Part shown: one piece after another, positions 42,103 through 55,270 of the stretch | Numbering within the stretch: the stretch's first letter is position 1 | Layout of the letters: every line of letters starts with the position of its first letter | DNA from: Octopus sinensis | Taxonomy: Eukaryota | Assembly (NCBI RefSeq): GCF_006345805.1 | Contig: NC_043005.1 | Location: forward strand, 43,586,001-43,650,000 | Length of the DNA stretch: 64,000 nucleotides | Direction of reading: 5' to 3' | Notes under the pieces: model-generated | What the model was told of the DNA's origin: nothing | Databases searched by the model: none | Seen by the model: the letters and a program-made list of their open reading frames with translations, nothing else | Position numbers and translations under genes: made by a program

Positions 42103-43640
42103 TCTAACAGAACATTCATGTTTAAGTAAGGATAAATATTATTTTTTTAACAAGTTCACTGACTAATCACAACACCAGCACCAGTTCTGACACTGTTCTA
42201 TATATTGCTGGTGGGGAGATGAATTGCTGCTATCTCTAGCGGTCAAGCATCCATCCTTGATGAGACCAAGGAAGGTGGAAATCATGTGATCTGGTGGTCT
42301 TGGTACTGGAGGTGGTGGAGATTTGTCTCCCTGCTGGCAATATAAACAAGAGGGCATTTGCACCAAAAGCCAATATGAGAGTTTCTCTCATGGTAGCAAC
42401 CAAAGTATAACTTATTCTAATAGAACGTATTAATAGTGCCTCTTTTGTTAATAAATAGTCTTGGATCTGTTTTTACTTCTCCACCTGATTCCAGATGATG
42501 CTGTAATATGGGGAACTGTAGAATGAGGAACGAAGTGCGATTCCTCTACCTCTCAGGATCCCATTCGGTGTCAACTGTCCAATTAGGTTAAATCCAAGAA
42601 GTGCCTCACCCATCTAACCTATCACTAGAACCTATAGCAAATTCCCTCCCTAGCTTGTACATCTACATGCGTCCATCCACTCCCACTGCCCAAGGCCAAA
42701 GAGGCCCACACAAGCACTACTTCAGCCCATGTGACCTTGCTCACCCTTCCTCTTCAGGTAGGGCCTTTCAGCCATTGACATCACTGACCCTTTCCACCCG
42801 GTTCACCTCATCCCCCACAGATGCTGTAACTACAACATCAAGCATAATCATTTGTGACTGGTGTTTCATTGTATTCATGGTTATTGTTATCCTTTAACCC
42901 ATACTCTGACCTCTGACCAAAGCTGTGTACACTGTCCTTTATTCGCACAGTGTATATCTAGGACTATATTTTTCCAATATGTATCTTTTACCATTTATCT
43001 TTTACTTGTTTCAATCATTAGGTCACCGTCTTGAAGAATTTTTAGACAAATAAGTCGACCCCCAATACGTTTTTTAAGCCTGATACTCATTCTGTCAGTC
43101 TCTTTAACCAAACTACTAATGTTACAGGATGTAAACAAACCACCAGTTGTCAAGAAGTGGAGGAGGGGAGAAACAGACACATACAGACGCATACACAAAC
43201 ACATATACATATATATGTATTTATGTATGTGTGTATGTATGTATGTATGTATGTATGTATGTATGTATGTATGTATGTATGTATGTATATTCAATTTCAT
43301 CTACCAAATCCACTCACAAAGCTTTGGTCAGTTCAAGGCTATAGCAGAAGAGACTTTCCAATGGTGCCATGCAGTGGGACTGAAACTGCAGCCATGTGAT
43401 TGGGGAGCAAACTTCTTACCACACAGCTGCAGCTGTGCCTATGTATGGTAAATTTTTTTAGACAATAGGTTGTAATTTGAGAGAATTTTCACTGCTGTTT
43501 CAATGTAGAGGCTACCTTGTTACTTTATAATTTAGTTTTATTAGCCTGAAGTTCATTTTAGATCTCCCAAACTTCTCTCAACAGGTCTTGTTGTTTAATC
43601 CCATAGGCATAGGAGTGGCTGTGTGGTAAGTAGCTTGCTT

Positions 43641-43995
43641 TGGGATCCCACCTTGGTCTAGAATGAGGCGTGTGGGAATGGTGGAGTATACAGGCACAAG
43701 CTATGTTGGGGAGGAATAGTGACAGGAGGTTGAAAAGCCTCAGTGTTATAATGTTTATTGCATGTTATTGTGTTTAAGAGGCTTAATGCCCCAAATCTGA
43801 AATAAGAGGTTCATTACCTCGTTTTGTCTTTTTCTGTGAAAAAAGAAGAGAATAATGTTCTAGAGAAGCAAAAATTGGCAGGCGTTTTTGTCTTCTCCCA
43901 TTAATATCATCCTTTTCATCATTCACCTCATCAATGTCTTTGTCCATCCCGCAAGCTACTCTGTATTATGCCTTTATGGCAAAATTTTTGAAATA
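43641..43995 (+). mobile_element. 355-bp retroposon 3' fragment inserted in a SINE head, 13-bp TSD
   Basis: AAGTAGCTTGCTT at 43628-43640 and 43996-44008. The SINE reads continuously when the insert is removed. Confidence 0.8.
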
Positions 43996-46900
43996 AAGTA
44001 GCTTGCTTACGAACCACATCGTTCCAGGTTCAGTCCCACTGCGTGGCACCTTGGGCAAGTGTCTTCTACTATAGCCTCAGGCCGACCAAAGCCTTGTGAG
44101 TGGATTTGGTAGACGGAAACTGAAAGAAGCCCGTCGTATATATGTATATATATATACGTATGTGTGCATGTGTGTGTGTATATGTTTGTGTGTCTGTGTT
44201 TGTCCCCCCCCCCCAACATCGCTTGACAACCGATGCTGGTGTTTTTACATCCCCATAACTTAGCAGTTTAGCAAAAGAGACGATAGAATAAGTACTAGGC
44301 TTACAATGAATAAGTGCTGGGGTCAATTTGTTCGACTAAAGGCGGTGCTCCAGCATGGCCAAAGTCAAATGACTGGAACAAGTAAAAGAGTAAAGAGTCT
44401 TATTGATCTAACCAATCTGATGTCCTAAAAGTATTTCTAACTATAAACATGTTGTCATTTTTTCAGGCGTCGTGTATCCACGCCTACCATACCCAATGTT
44501 CTTTTTCTCTTTTTATGTAAGTAGAAAGAGTATTAGTTCCATAGAGCATTGATTGGTTACTATTTCTAGTAGGCTGAGTGACCATGTAGAAGTACTCCCA
44601 TTGCTGTTTTTGTTGTTGTTGTTGTTGTTGTTGTCACATACTTCTTGTATCACTGCAACTGCTGCTGTCATTGCAGAAGCTGGTTATGCTGACAGCATAG
44701 TAGTTGTTATTTCATCATTTTAGTGTTCATTTTTTTATTATTGTTTTTTGTTTCTACTGTTGTTTAACCCCAGGTCAGCCCTGACTCAGCAAATCTATGT
44801 TCAAAGACATTCCAGCCCATGACCTTTAAAGGGTGTTAGTGCAGTTGCTGTGTGTTTTTACATTATATATGTATTATATATGTAATGTATATGTATTATG
44901 TCTTTTATCTTTTACTTGTTTCAGTCATTAGCCGGTGGCCATGCTGGAGCACCATGTAATAATCAAATTACATACTATGCACTTGAATTTGTTTTTGTTA
45001 TTGCATATGGTTCTCTGATCCTGAGAAAAATTGTCTTGCATGAGACCAGTCTGTGGAGCAAAAAGGTTGTTTTAAAATGTAAGCAGAACTACATCATCTG
45101 ATATGGTCTCTGTTCAAGACGGTGAAGAAATGAACCCAAACCACAGGGTTGCCAAACAAGCTTCTGAATGATGCCACTATTACAATTAATATTTTTACTT
45201 GCTCCCATATTCTCAACTCCATACAGACTCTAACATACTGTCGCAACCCTATAGGAATGTCACTTATGAAGGGAGAAACATTCTTCAAAAATTCGATAAT
45301 TTACTTAAAGGAGGTCAAACCATATTTTAAAATACTATTTTACATTTTAACTATTCCAAAAAAGAAAAGCTATAATGAAAGATTACCTCCCCACCTTGTC
45401 ATTCTCGTGAAAAAAGAACAAACAAAAAAAAACCTGTTGTTCATTATAACAAACAATAACAACAACAACAACAACTTTTGCTTTAGTGAAAGGATAGGAT
45501 TCAATTGTCCAAATTTCCAATCAACTCAGTTTGAATAAACAAATATTTTATTACTTTAAAAAAACAAAGTTTAAAACAAAAAAATTTCAATATAATTAAT
45601 CAGGATATTTGATTGGTTTGAATAAAGAAAATAAAAAATGGGGTAGTAGAAAAGTTCAGCCTTTGAACTAATTAAAATATGAAAATAATCTCCATACCAA
45701 AATGTCACTACAGCGACAACAACACAGATGTAAAAACTTATATAAATTGTTAATTTTTCAACAATGTTATAGATACGAAAAAAATGTTCATCTGGAAATA
45801 AAAATATATATAGTAATGTATAAAGTTGTAATAGATATGGATAATTTAGATGGGTTTGTTGTTATTACTGTTATTATTATTATTATTATTATTTTATTAT
45901 TATTATTACTACTATTATTATCAATGCAGTGAGCTGGCAGAATCATTAGCATGCTAGACAAAATGCTTAGCCGTATTTCGTTTGCCGCTACGTTCTGAGT
46001 TCAAATTCCGCCCGGGTTGACTTTGCCTTTCATCCTTTCGAGGTCGATTAAATAAGTACCAGTTTCGCACTGGGGGGGGGGGGCGATGTAATTGACTTAA
46101 TCCGTTTGTCTGTCCTTGTTTGTCCTCTCTGTGTTTAGCCTCTTGTGAGTAGTAAAGAAATAGGTATGTCACTCATTGCCACATTTTGAGTTCAAGTTCC
46201 GCCAAGGTTGACTTTACCTTTCATCCTTTCGGGAGTCGATAAATTAAGCACCAGTCATGTACTGGGGTTGATGTGATTGACTTACCCACTCCCCACAAAT
46301 TTCAGGCCTTTTCCCTATAGTAGAAAGGATTATTGTTATTATTGAATGAGAGAGAAGTGTATGCCATCAAAGTGACACTGGAGTACAAATATACGAAGCC
46401 CAATATACCTGTCTGTTAAGGGTACACCAGGCACATGCATCATAACCAAATGTGTGTGACATGGTGATTTCATATCAAGATAAATAATGCATGATATTGC
46501 AGGTGGGACCATGTTAGAATCTTCTTCAGGTTGAGTAGCCCATTCTGCTCAAAAGGTCTCTGACTAAGGCTTGTTCAAGGTTGTTGAATGAAACGCCCAT
46601 GTTTCCAGAGGTGAATTATTCAAACCTCAAAGAATCCCACTCAGCATATGGCCATGATGTTCCTCCACTATTTCTGCTTGTGATCAGAGATGCACGTATC
46701 ATCAGCCACTAAGGGATATGTTCAACTGGTTAAGGTCAAACAACTGACAAACAAATCTGTAGTATTGAGCAGAATATTTGCTGTATCCCATCTTTTTATA
46801 CCAAGACAAAACATGTACATAATAACACTTCCAATCAGTTAAGATCAGAAGTCATGACAGCCACTGCCTGGTACTGTATCAGCGCATTAAATATTATTAT

Positions 46901-47077
46901 TATTATTATTATTATCATTATTATCCAAGACCGGGTGGTACATTGGCTTCTTGAGCAAAACACCTCATCTCACTTTGCTCTGTGATCATTTAAACATTTG
47001 ACACATGGTGCAGGATACAACTGTTCAGGCCATGTCGATGTAATGGAAGAATTAGTTATATGCCAGACCCTAACCCC

Positions 47078-47940
47078 TCCATGAGAAAACGCCACTGGAA
47101 AGTGCTGTGGTTCACACTGCCCTTCTCTTTAAGTGTTAAAACCCGAGTAGGTAAGATTTTACTTAGCTTAGAAGACAAACACTTTCCTCATACAAATAGA
47201 TTCAAAAAATAATTAATAGGCCCACTCTGAGAGTTTCTTTTAGGTGTGCATCCAGTGGGAAAAAGATTTTAGTAGGTAGGCCCACACCTGAGGCAGAGGC
47301 AGAATGCTCATGTAGAGGGAACACAACATGTTCACTGAAAGGCCACTGTAACGTAGAAATCGTCGTATACGAGACAAAGGTAACAGTAATAGGACTAAAT
47401 GGGCAACTTAACGTGCAGAAGTAGGTGGGGGAATCTGAAGGTCCCTTCAGAACCTGCTGTAACAACCACGTTCCCTCCTTCAACATCCCGGAGAGACGTA
47501 AGTTCACAACTTTGGCCAAGCATGTATGTTCGTTGAAAGAAAGTGCCACCAAGTACAGCCTAAAGTCGAGGATTTTAGAGAAATGTAAAGCGTACTTCAA
47601 TAGCAGCAGAAAGTGTAGATTGTCTGGTTGAAATATGAACGATTTTAAAGACCTCCCAGCACCTATCTGAACATTTTTAATCCTTGCCCATATGAAAAGA
47701 AGTACATCCTATCATACCTGTGTGCCCCATAGTGACTATAATCACCAGTCCCCCAGCTTCAGCCCTTCCACCACCAATACGTAGGAATCCGGCAAAGAGT
47801 TTGATCAGGACATACACAAACACACTTACAAAAACACACGCCCTAACTTGGCAGACACCCACCGTATAGACCATTCTCCACCCTCCCACACATATCCCTA
47901 CATATGCATACATAAACGCCCCAAGAATTTAACCAGACCA
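47078..47940 (+). mobile_element. Penelope-like element fragment with a decayed GIY-YIG endonuclease region
   Basis: RKRHWKVLWFTLPFSLSVKTRVGK..DKHF, CSC...C...C..VVYETKV, *VGESEGPFRTCCNNH, TTLAKHVCSLKE and KCRL are colinear with PLE C-termini. One frameshift and an in-frame TAG are present. Confidence 0.8.
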
Positions 47941-49604
47941 TAAAAGAAAGAAAGCACACCACCATGATTTGACAACTGGCGTTGGTTTGTTTACGTCTTC
48001 AGAACTTAGCAGTTCGACAAAAAGACACCGATAGTATAAGTATCAGGTTTAGAAAACAAATAAGTACTGGGATCGAATTTATCGATTAAACTCCTCAATG
48101 AGTGAAACGAGTAAAAGACAACAGATAAAAATAGTTCGTAACTAAGCCATTTCGTCAGGCTTTTATTCTAGAAATTTTGTCTCAGTAAGGGATAACAGGG
48201 TTATTATGTATCTTTTATTTCCTATCTTTAACTTGTTTCAGTCATTTGACTGCAGCTATGCTGGGGCATCACCTTGAAGAATTTTTAATCGAATGAATCG
48301 ACCCTACTACTTAATTTTTAAAAAACCTGGAACTTGTTCTGTCGGTCTCTTTTGCCGAACCGATAAGTTACGGGAATGTAAACACACCAACCCTTATCGT
48401 TAAGCAATGGTGGGGGACTAACACAGATACAAGGCCACTTACACACACACACACACACACACACATACACATACATAATACACACATATATATATATTCA
48501 CACACATACATATACACGACGGCTTCTTTTAATTTCCGTCTATCAATCCACTCACAAGACTTTGGTCGGCCCGAAGCTAAAGAAGACCACGATGAGCACG
48601 AATTGTGTTAAACCATTGCATTTCAAATTCAATGCTTCTAAACTAAAATTGCTACCATGCAAGCTCTTATATACATCGTAATATTTGTTGTCATTATTTA
48701 GATAGATTTTTTAAAAAACCTCAGATATATATTTAGAGTCTTGGAATAAGTTGTATCAAGTCTCTTTCTTTATGAGTATACTGGTCTATATCTTATATCA
48801 AGCTTACTAAAAATACCTTTAAGGTAAGGTGTTGCTAACACACTCATACTTATGGAAAACACTAAAGAAGCAACGATACAACTTTTTCTAAGTGTATTTT
48901 ATCCATGGAAAGTATTAAAATTTACTTGTCCATTCCGGGTTTTGCGTCATCTTACAACCTTGAAAAATTTTGTTCTAAGTTACTTTGTTCACTTTCCCTC
49001 AATGAAAAGTAGTTATTTTGTTCTGAGACTAGAATAGACTGAATAAATTATCGGAACTTGTCTATAAGTGTTGACAACCCGTGAAAATCTTGTGCCAAAA
49101 TTTTATATTACCAATCGAGAAAATTAATAGATAATGAAAACATGCTATTTTAAGATTCTTGATTTTGAAAATTTTATTTCTTACATTTTGCATAATAGTC
49201 CTCTTTGTACAGTCACACACACACACAAGCACGTATCGGTATGTATATTTTTTTTATTAAATTTTCACTTTATTTAATTTTGCTTCATATTTTTAGTAAT
49301 CACTTTTACAAAGTTAGGTTGAGAGAAAAATATATTCATCTTTCAAACGCTATCTTATCCGTTATATTCTGTTATATAACGCTATCTTATCCGTTAATAT
49401 CCTGTTATATTCTATTCGCCAGCCAAAACTCACTCTCTGTTTAAAACTTGTAGTAAGATTCAAAATAATAAATTTTAAGTTCCATTTCGAACAATCGTCC
49501 GAAGATTTGTAACGGGTAACTCATAATAATTACTTGGAAAATTACAGTTTCTGGTCATTTCTTTCTCTCCATTACAAACGTACGCATGCATGCACGCACG
49601 CACG

Positions 49605-49635
<31 letters not shown>

Positions 49636-49702
49636 ACACACATACACACGTACGCGCACACACACACGCACGCGATGATGTGTGTGTATGAAAGGGTATA
49701 TA

Positions 49703-50806
49703 CAAGGGTTGGACAAAATAATGGAAACCCCTTAAAATTTTAAACAAATTTATTTTAATATGGAGCAAGACCGCCTTTGGCAGTAATTACCGCTTGAATT
49801 CTACAAGATATGGACTCAGACAAAGTTTTTATTGTTTCCAAAGGAATTTTTATCAATTCTTTAGCTAAAACGGTCTCCAGTTCTTGTAGTGATGATGGTG
49901 GAAGATATCGACTCCTTACTTGTTTTTCTAAAATGCACCATAAATGTTCAACAATATTGAGATCTGGGGACTGTGGTGGCCAGATAAGATGTTTAACTCC
50001 AATAGAATGTTCCTCGTGCCATTCAGGAACAACTTTAGCTATATGAGTTGGTGCATTATCATCCTGAAAGATTGCGTTTCCTTCCAAAAAACAGTTCCAC
50101 AACCATAGGATGAATTTGATCAGATAAAATGCTTAAATAGTCTTGACTATTAATTCTGCCATGAAGGGAAACCATTGGGCCGGCGGATTTCGAAGATATA
50201 AGGTAAAGGATGACTCGTCTGAGAAAATAAATTCTTCTATTGCTCTAGCGACCAATTCTGTAGGTTTTTTCTCCACTCTAAAAGCTTTGCAACGTTCGGT
50301 TTTGAAAGTAGTGGTTTTCTTATTGCAGCCCTCCCGTGAAAACTGGATTTGTGCAGTTCCCGGCAAACAGTTTTTGTGGCAACTGGGTTCTTGAGGTGGT
50401 CATTAAGCTCTGCAGTAATTTTGGGAGCTGTACTTTTGTGATCCTTTCTAACAATTCGTCCGGTGGTCCCTATCTGAAAGTTTTGGTTTTTTTCCGAAGT
50501 TTTGTTTCGACGAGGAGGTTTTTCCCTCTTTCTCAAAGGCTGTCTTTACTTTCGAGACAGTACTTCTTGAAACACCATACGAGCACCAACAATTTGACCT
50601 CTTTGAAAGTCCGATAGATCTGTCATTTTAATGAGTTTTAATTACATTTTTCTTATGATATCTGAAAAGAAACAGCAATTTTAGCAAAACATTAAGCGAC
50701 ACTAATAATAAATCAACAACGCATAAAAATAAACAGGCTTTTGACGGTTTTATAGATATTTCAAAATTACGATGCTAGGTGTTTCCATTATTTTGTCCAG
50801 CCCCTG
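49703..50806 (-). mobile_element. Internally deleted Tc1-like transposon with DD36E spacing
   Basis: 26-bp TIRs CA(A/G)GGG(T/C)TGGACAAAATAATGGAAAC and TA at the left end. Motifs IFSDESSF, FQDDNAPTH and WPPQSPDLNIVEHLW are present, with frameshifts. Confidence 0.9.
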
Positions 50807-51790
50807 TTTATATATATATATATATATTTGTAGGTATTAGAAATTCGATGTTCTGTCATTGGTACCTGGAGTAGTTCTGATCCTACCAGAATCTTTCTTC
50901 TTTACAGAAGAACCAATTTAACAGACAGCGAAATAAGGGTTTTCTTTTCGTTAAGGAGTGGATTTCATAATGTTGTATAGAGCGTGGGGTTCTCAATGAT
51001 GAGATAGTGAGTTCAATTCCCGGACCACACTGTGTGTTGTGTTCTTCAGCAAGACTCTTTTAGTAGTTGAGTTTAAATAAAAGGTTACCATTAATTTTTT
51101 ATATGAACGATGCAATAAAGAAATGGGACATCATTTAACATTAACACATTTTTATTGTTGTGAGTGGAAGCAATGGGCTGTAGTGTCTCAGTCAAATATA
51201 TACTGTACTCATATGGAGAGTTCGTAGAAGTCACCAGAGTTAACACAACTTAAGTAAAATATTTTGTAAATAACGAGTATACTTTGTTGAACATGTGGTC
51301 AGAGAAAAATAGCAGTAGTCGGAACATTTCAGTGAAGCTGTTGCATGCTGTCCTGGCGCAGGGAGAGAGAGATCCGTGCTTCTTGGTGTTCAAGTGGCAA
51401 GAGACAGAGAGATTCTTAACTACCGGAATATATAGTTGTCAGCTGCGATGCTACCTGGTGGCGTTTACCAGCGTAGGGACGCAATTCATCTAACCTCGCT
51501 AGTCTACTACAACACTTTATTTCATGTTGCTCCAGTTTGTTCAGTTGTAGAAATGAGTTGCAATGTCACTGATGCCAAGCTGTATCGGCCTTTGCCTTTC
51601 CCTTGGATAACATCGGTGGCGTGGGGGGGGGGGCTGGTATGCATGGTTGACTGCTGGTCTTCCTTAAACAACCTTGCCCAGACTTGTGTCTCGGTGGGGA
51701 ACATTCTAAGTGCAATCCGATAGTCATTCATGACCGAAGGGGGTTTTTATGCCTGCTCCAAGAAGAATAGAAATTTGAATTTATATAACA

Positions 51791-52186
51791 CTAGCAGTAT
51801 CGCCCGGCGTTGCTCGGGTTGTAAGGGAAATAACTATATAAGCATTTTTAGAGAGTTATAGCCAAAAAATAGCCAAAAAATGCATTAAAAATTGAAAAAA
51901 AATTAAGGTAAATTTTTTTTAAATCGTTGACACATCGTAGATATTTTTAGAGAGTTACTTCCCTTATATAAAAGCGAAAAAATGCATTAAAATGGAAAAA
52001 TATGATGGTAAATTTTTTTAAAATCGTAGACTCATCGTAGACGCACGCTAATACCCAGAAGGGCTCGATATGAATCATGACTATAAGATACCCGCTTTTG
52101 GTTAAACTGCACCGCAAAATGTGGGAGTAGTTACGAATCTAAATCGTAGGAGACAGACACCACACAACTTCACTCTTATATAAAGA
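51791..52186 (-). mobile_element. Non-autonomous Helitron (same family, no cargo)
   Basis: CTAG and hairpin at the left end, A|TC start at the right end on the minus strand. Confidence 0.85.
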
Positions 52187-52199
52187 TGCTTTTTTTTTT

Positions 52200-52512
52200 C
52201 AGTCATAGAGTTAGATTTATGAAGGTCTTCAGTAGAAAATCCTTCGAATTCTGACTCGCTGCTTGATATAATGAAATTCGTATCCATTTTTTGTCAGAAT
52301 TACAAATTTTGAAAACACAATAGGAACAAATTTCGGAAAAAAATCTCCCATAATTCACGGAATTAAAATTACACTTCGATTTTTGTACAAAACTGTAGTT
52401 GAAGTGTTTACGAAGTATAATACGTGTTTTCACGAATGTACTAAAGAGATTTGCTCTGATATTCTCATTTAAATATGAATAGGTAAATTCGGGCGGCTTG
52501 GTAACGAAAGGG
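52200..52512 (-). mobile_element. piggyBac-like element end (one TIR only)
   Basis: GTAACGAAAGGG|TTAA at 52501-52516, the same TIR type as the 27109 MITE. The partner TIR was not found. Confidence 0.55.
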
Positions 52513-53393
52513 TTAAACGGATGCATACATTTATTAATCTCTTATTATAATAACTATATATAAGTGTCGTCTGTTTATACATAGACACTGTTTCATACTG
52601 CAATTATATATACATATATCTATATATAATATTATATAATAAAATATACAGAGTAAAATAAAAACCAATTTACCTTTTCTGTCCGTCCGTGTGTCTTTGC
52701 AAATGTGTTGGAATGATAAGTGAGTTGTGATTTGGCGCCTTTTTTACTAATAACAAACACACACGTGTTTGTATGTAGTTGTATGTGTATGTAGTTGTAT
52801 ATGTATGTGTATGCGTGTGTGTGAGGAATGACACACACACACTCACGCACGCACACATGTACATCAATGCTTTCGGAGTGATATGTTAAAATATTGAGTT
52901 TTCTCGAATTTTGTCTTAATTGGTGGTAAAATTGAAAGAAATTTTTTATGGCATCACCCACTGAAGTACTCTGAAAAATCTTAGGTAAACCCTAATTGAA
53001 GAAATTGTGTGAGGAGTAAATCGTTATGTATTTATTTGTTTCTGTTTGCTGTGTTTCTTTATTTTTTGAGTAGTGGTTTAAATACTTTCAGTTTAGTCTT
53101 CCTCAAATCACTCTGTCGCTATTTACTTTCATTTTATTCGTTGCACACTGTGTGTGTGCGTTTGCGTGTGCTGTAAACCAGACTAAGAAAAGCATTTGAC
53201 ATACACACCAGAATGTGAGTTTTCTGTAAATTTTGCTTAATTGGAGTTTAAATTTTAAAAACTGGACCTGGCATGACCCGATGCATTCTACTCTTAAAAA
53301 TGCTAGGTAAATTGTAATTGAAGAAATCCTATATTGTAGATTTCTATAACTCCCAAAGGGAGGCAGATAAAATCTGCCTTTTATAATAAGAGA

Positions 53394-53788
53394 TTAGCAG
53401 TATCGCCCGGCGTTGCTCGGTTTTGTTTCGACCCTTTAGAATTGGAATTTTTGAAAAGTAAAACTTTTGCATTATGCAGCTTGTTATTCTCTTTAAGTGA
53501 ACATTTTTCTGGTTGAAATACACAGAAAAATGGCGACACAGCAGTCAAAACATCGTAAAAAATAGGGATTTTCATAGAAAAAAAAAGCACCTTTTTGATG
53601 TAAATAATTTTTGTGTTAACATGGTCCGATTTGAATTTTTTCTTCTACGGAAGGAAGAGCAAGCCTTCTTCTATCATACTCTCAATTTTGGTCAACTTGC
53701 GCTGCAGGGTCTCGGAGGAGATAATGTTAGTTGAAGGCTACCAAACCTGCCATACACAGACAACTTCAGCTTTATATATATAGAGAGA
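53394..53788 (-). mobile_element. Helitron with the same 3' terminus but a different interior, abutting a further Helitron-like end at ~53393
   Basis: TTAGCAGTATCGCCCGGCGTTGCTCGG terminus and CAACTTCAGCTTTATATATA..GA at the other end. Confidence 0.7.
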
Positions 53789-54500
53789 TTAGATAACATT
53801 CAGCTCAATATGAATTTCTTTTGCCTTTAGAGACATATTTAACAAAAATATACGCGATTTCATCTATTAATCCAGACTGAAATTGGAATCGTTTGCACAC
53901 AACTTTTCATTTAAACATTAAAAGAAATTTCTTGTACACTTCTATTTATAAGAAACGTAAATGTATACTTCTTGACATTTTAAAATACATTTATCAAACT
54001 TTTTTTCCATCATAAAGCACAGCGTAAAACAACTCATTTAGACATTTTCCATATTTACAATTCCAATCTCTTTCATCTTACCTGATATATTGGCCCTTAA
54101 GGATGAAAGATGAAAATCTGAAAAGTTTCAAAGTTTCATTTTTCTACATAAAATTCTGCATGCAACGTTTTTCTCCTTAAAATACTATTAAGAGAGAATG
54201 AAGGAAGTGGTCCAAACGTTTAGAACAAATAACCTTGTTTAAATTGCAATGCATATTTCAACTTAATGTGTCAAATGTACAAAAGCGTGATTGGCTCATT
54301 TTCTGTTTTCCCAGGACTGAGTGTGTATGTATGTATGTATGTATGTATGTATTATGTATGCATGAATGTATGTATGTATGCATGTATGTATGTGTGCGTG
54401 TATGTATGTATTTCTGATGTAGGTATGTATGCATAAACGTATATACATATACATGTATACACATATATACATGTATACACATATACATGCATGAATGTGC

Positions 54501-54531
<31 letters not shown>

Positions 54532-55228
54532 TGTATTTAAGTAAATATATATGTATGTGTATTTGCCTCTCTGTGTGTGTGTATGTATGTGTGTGTGGAT
54601 ATACATATATAAATGTACACGCATACATATATGCACATAGGCCTCTCCTATCTTATACAGTCGAGTAAAAGACCAAAATTCTTAATTGGAGTAGCATATT
54701 TGCTGGTGTGTAAGTAGCTTTTACATTGTTTGCGATTGTCGTGCGACATGAGATGGCAAATTGCTGAGCTTATCCAGTAACAAACAAGAAGAAAAACCAA
54801 ACGTCATTGTTATTTCAATAGATACACTTGGTGCAATTAGTAACATAATTCCTTGCTAGTCAAAGACGATTCGCTTCCTGTAGAGTACCTCTTCTTTTAA
54901 ATGTCCTAAGCACCGCTTGTAGATGTCTCATACAATATGTGTGTGTGTGGGCGTGCATGTGTGTATATGTATATGTATATTTATAAATGTAAGTATGCAT
55001 TTTATATGGGGTTTGCTAGATCTTTTATCTTTTACTTGTTTCAGTCATTAGGCAGCGGCCATGCTGGGGCACCGCCTTGAAGAATTATTAGCCAAATGAA
55101 TCGAGCCCATTTTTCTTAACTCTTGTACTTATTCTATCGAAATTTATTGCCGAACCACTAAGTTCAATGGACGTAAACACACCAGTACCAGTTCTCAAAG
55201 GGTGGTGCGGAAACACACGCACGTGCAG

Positions 55229-55270
<42 letters not shown>

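Noticed and set aside
45020-45300. Short ORFs on both strands, one hydrophobic
   Set aside because: Splice signals are inconsistent and there is no recognisable family.
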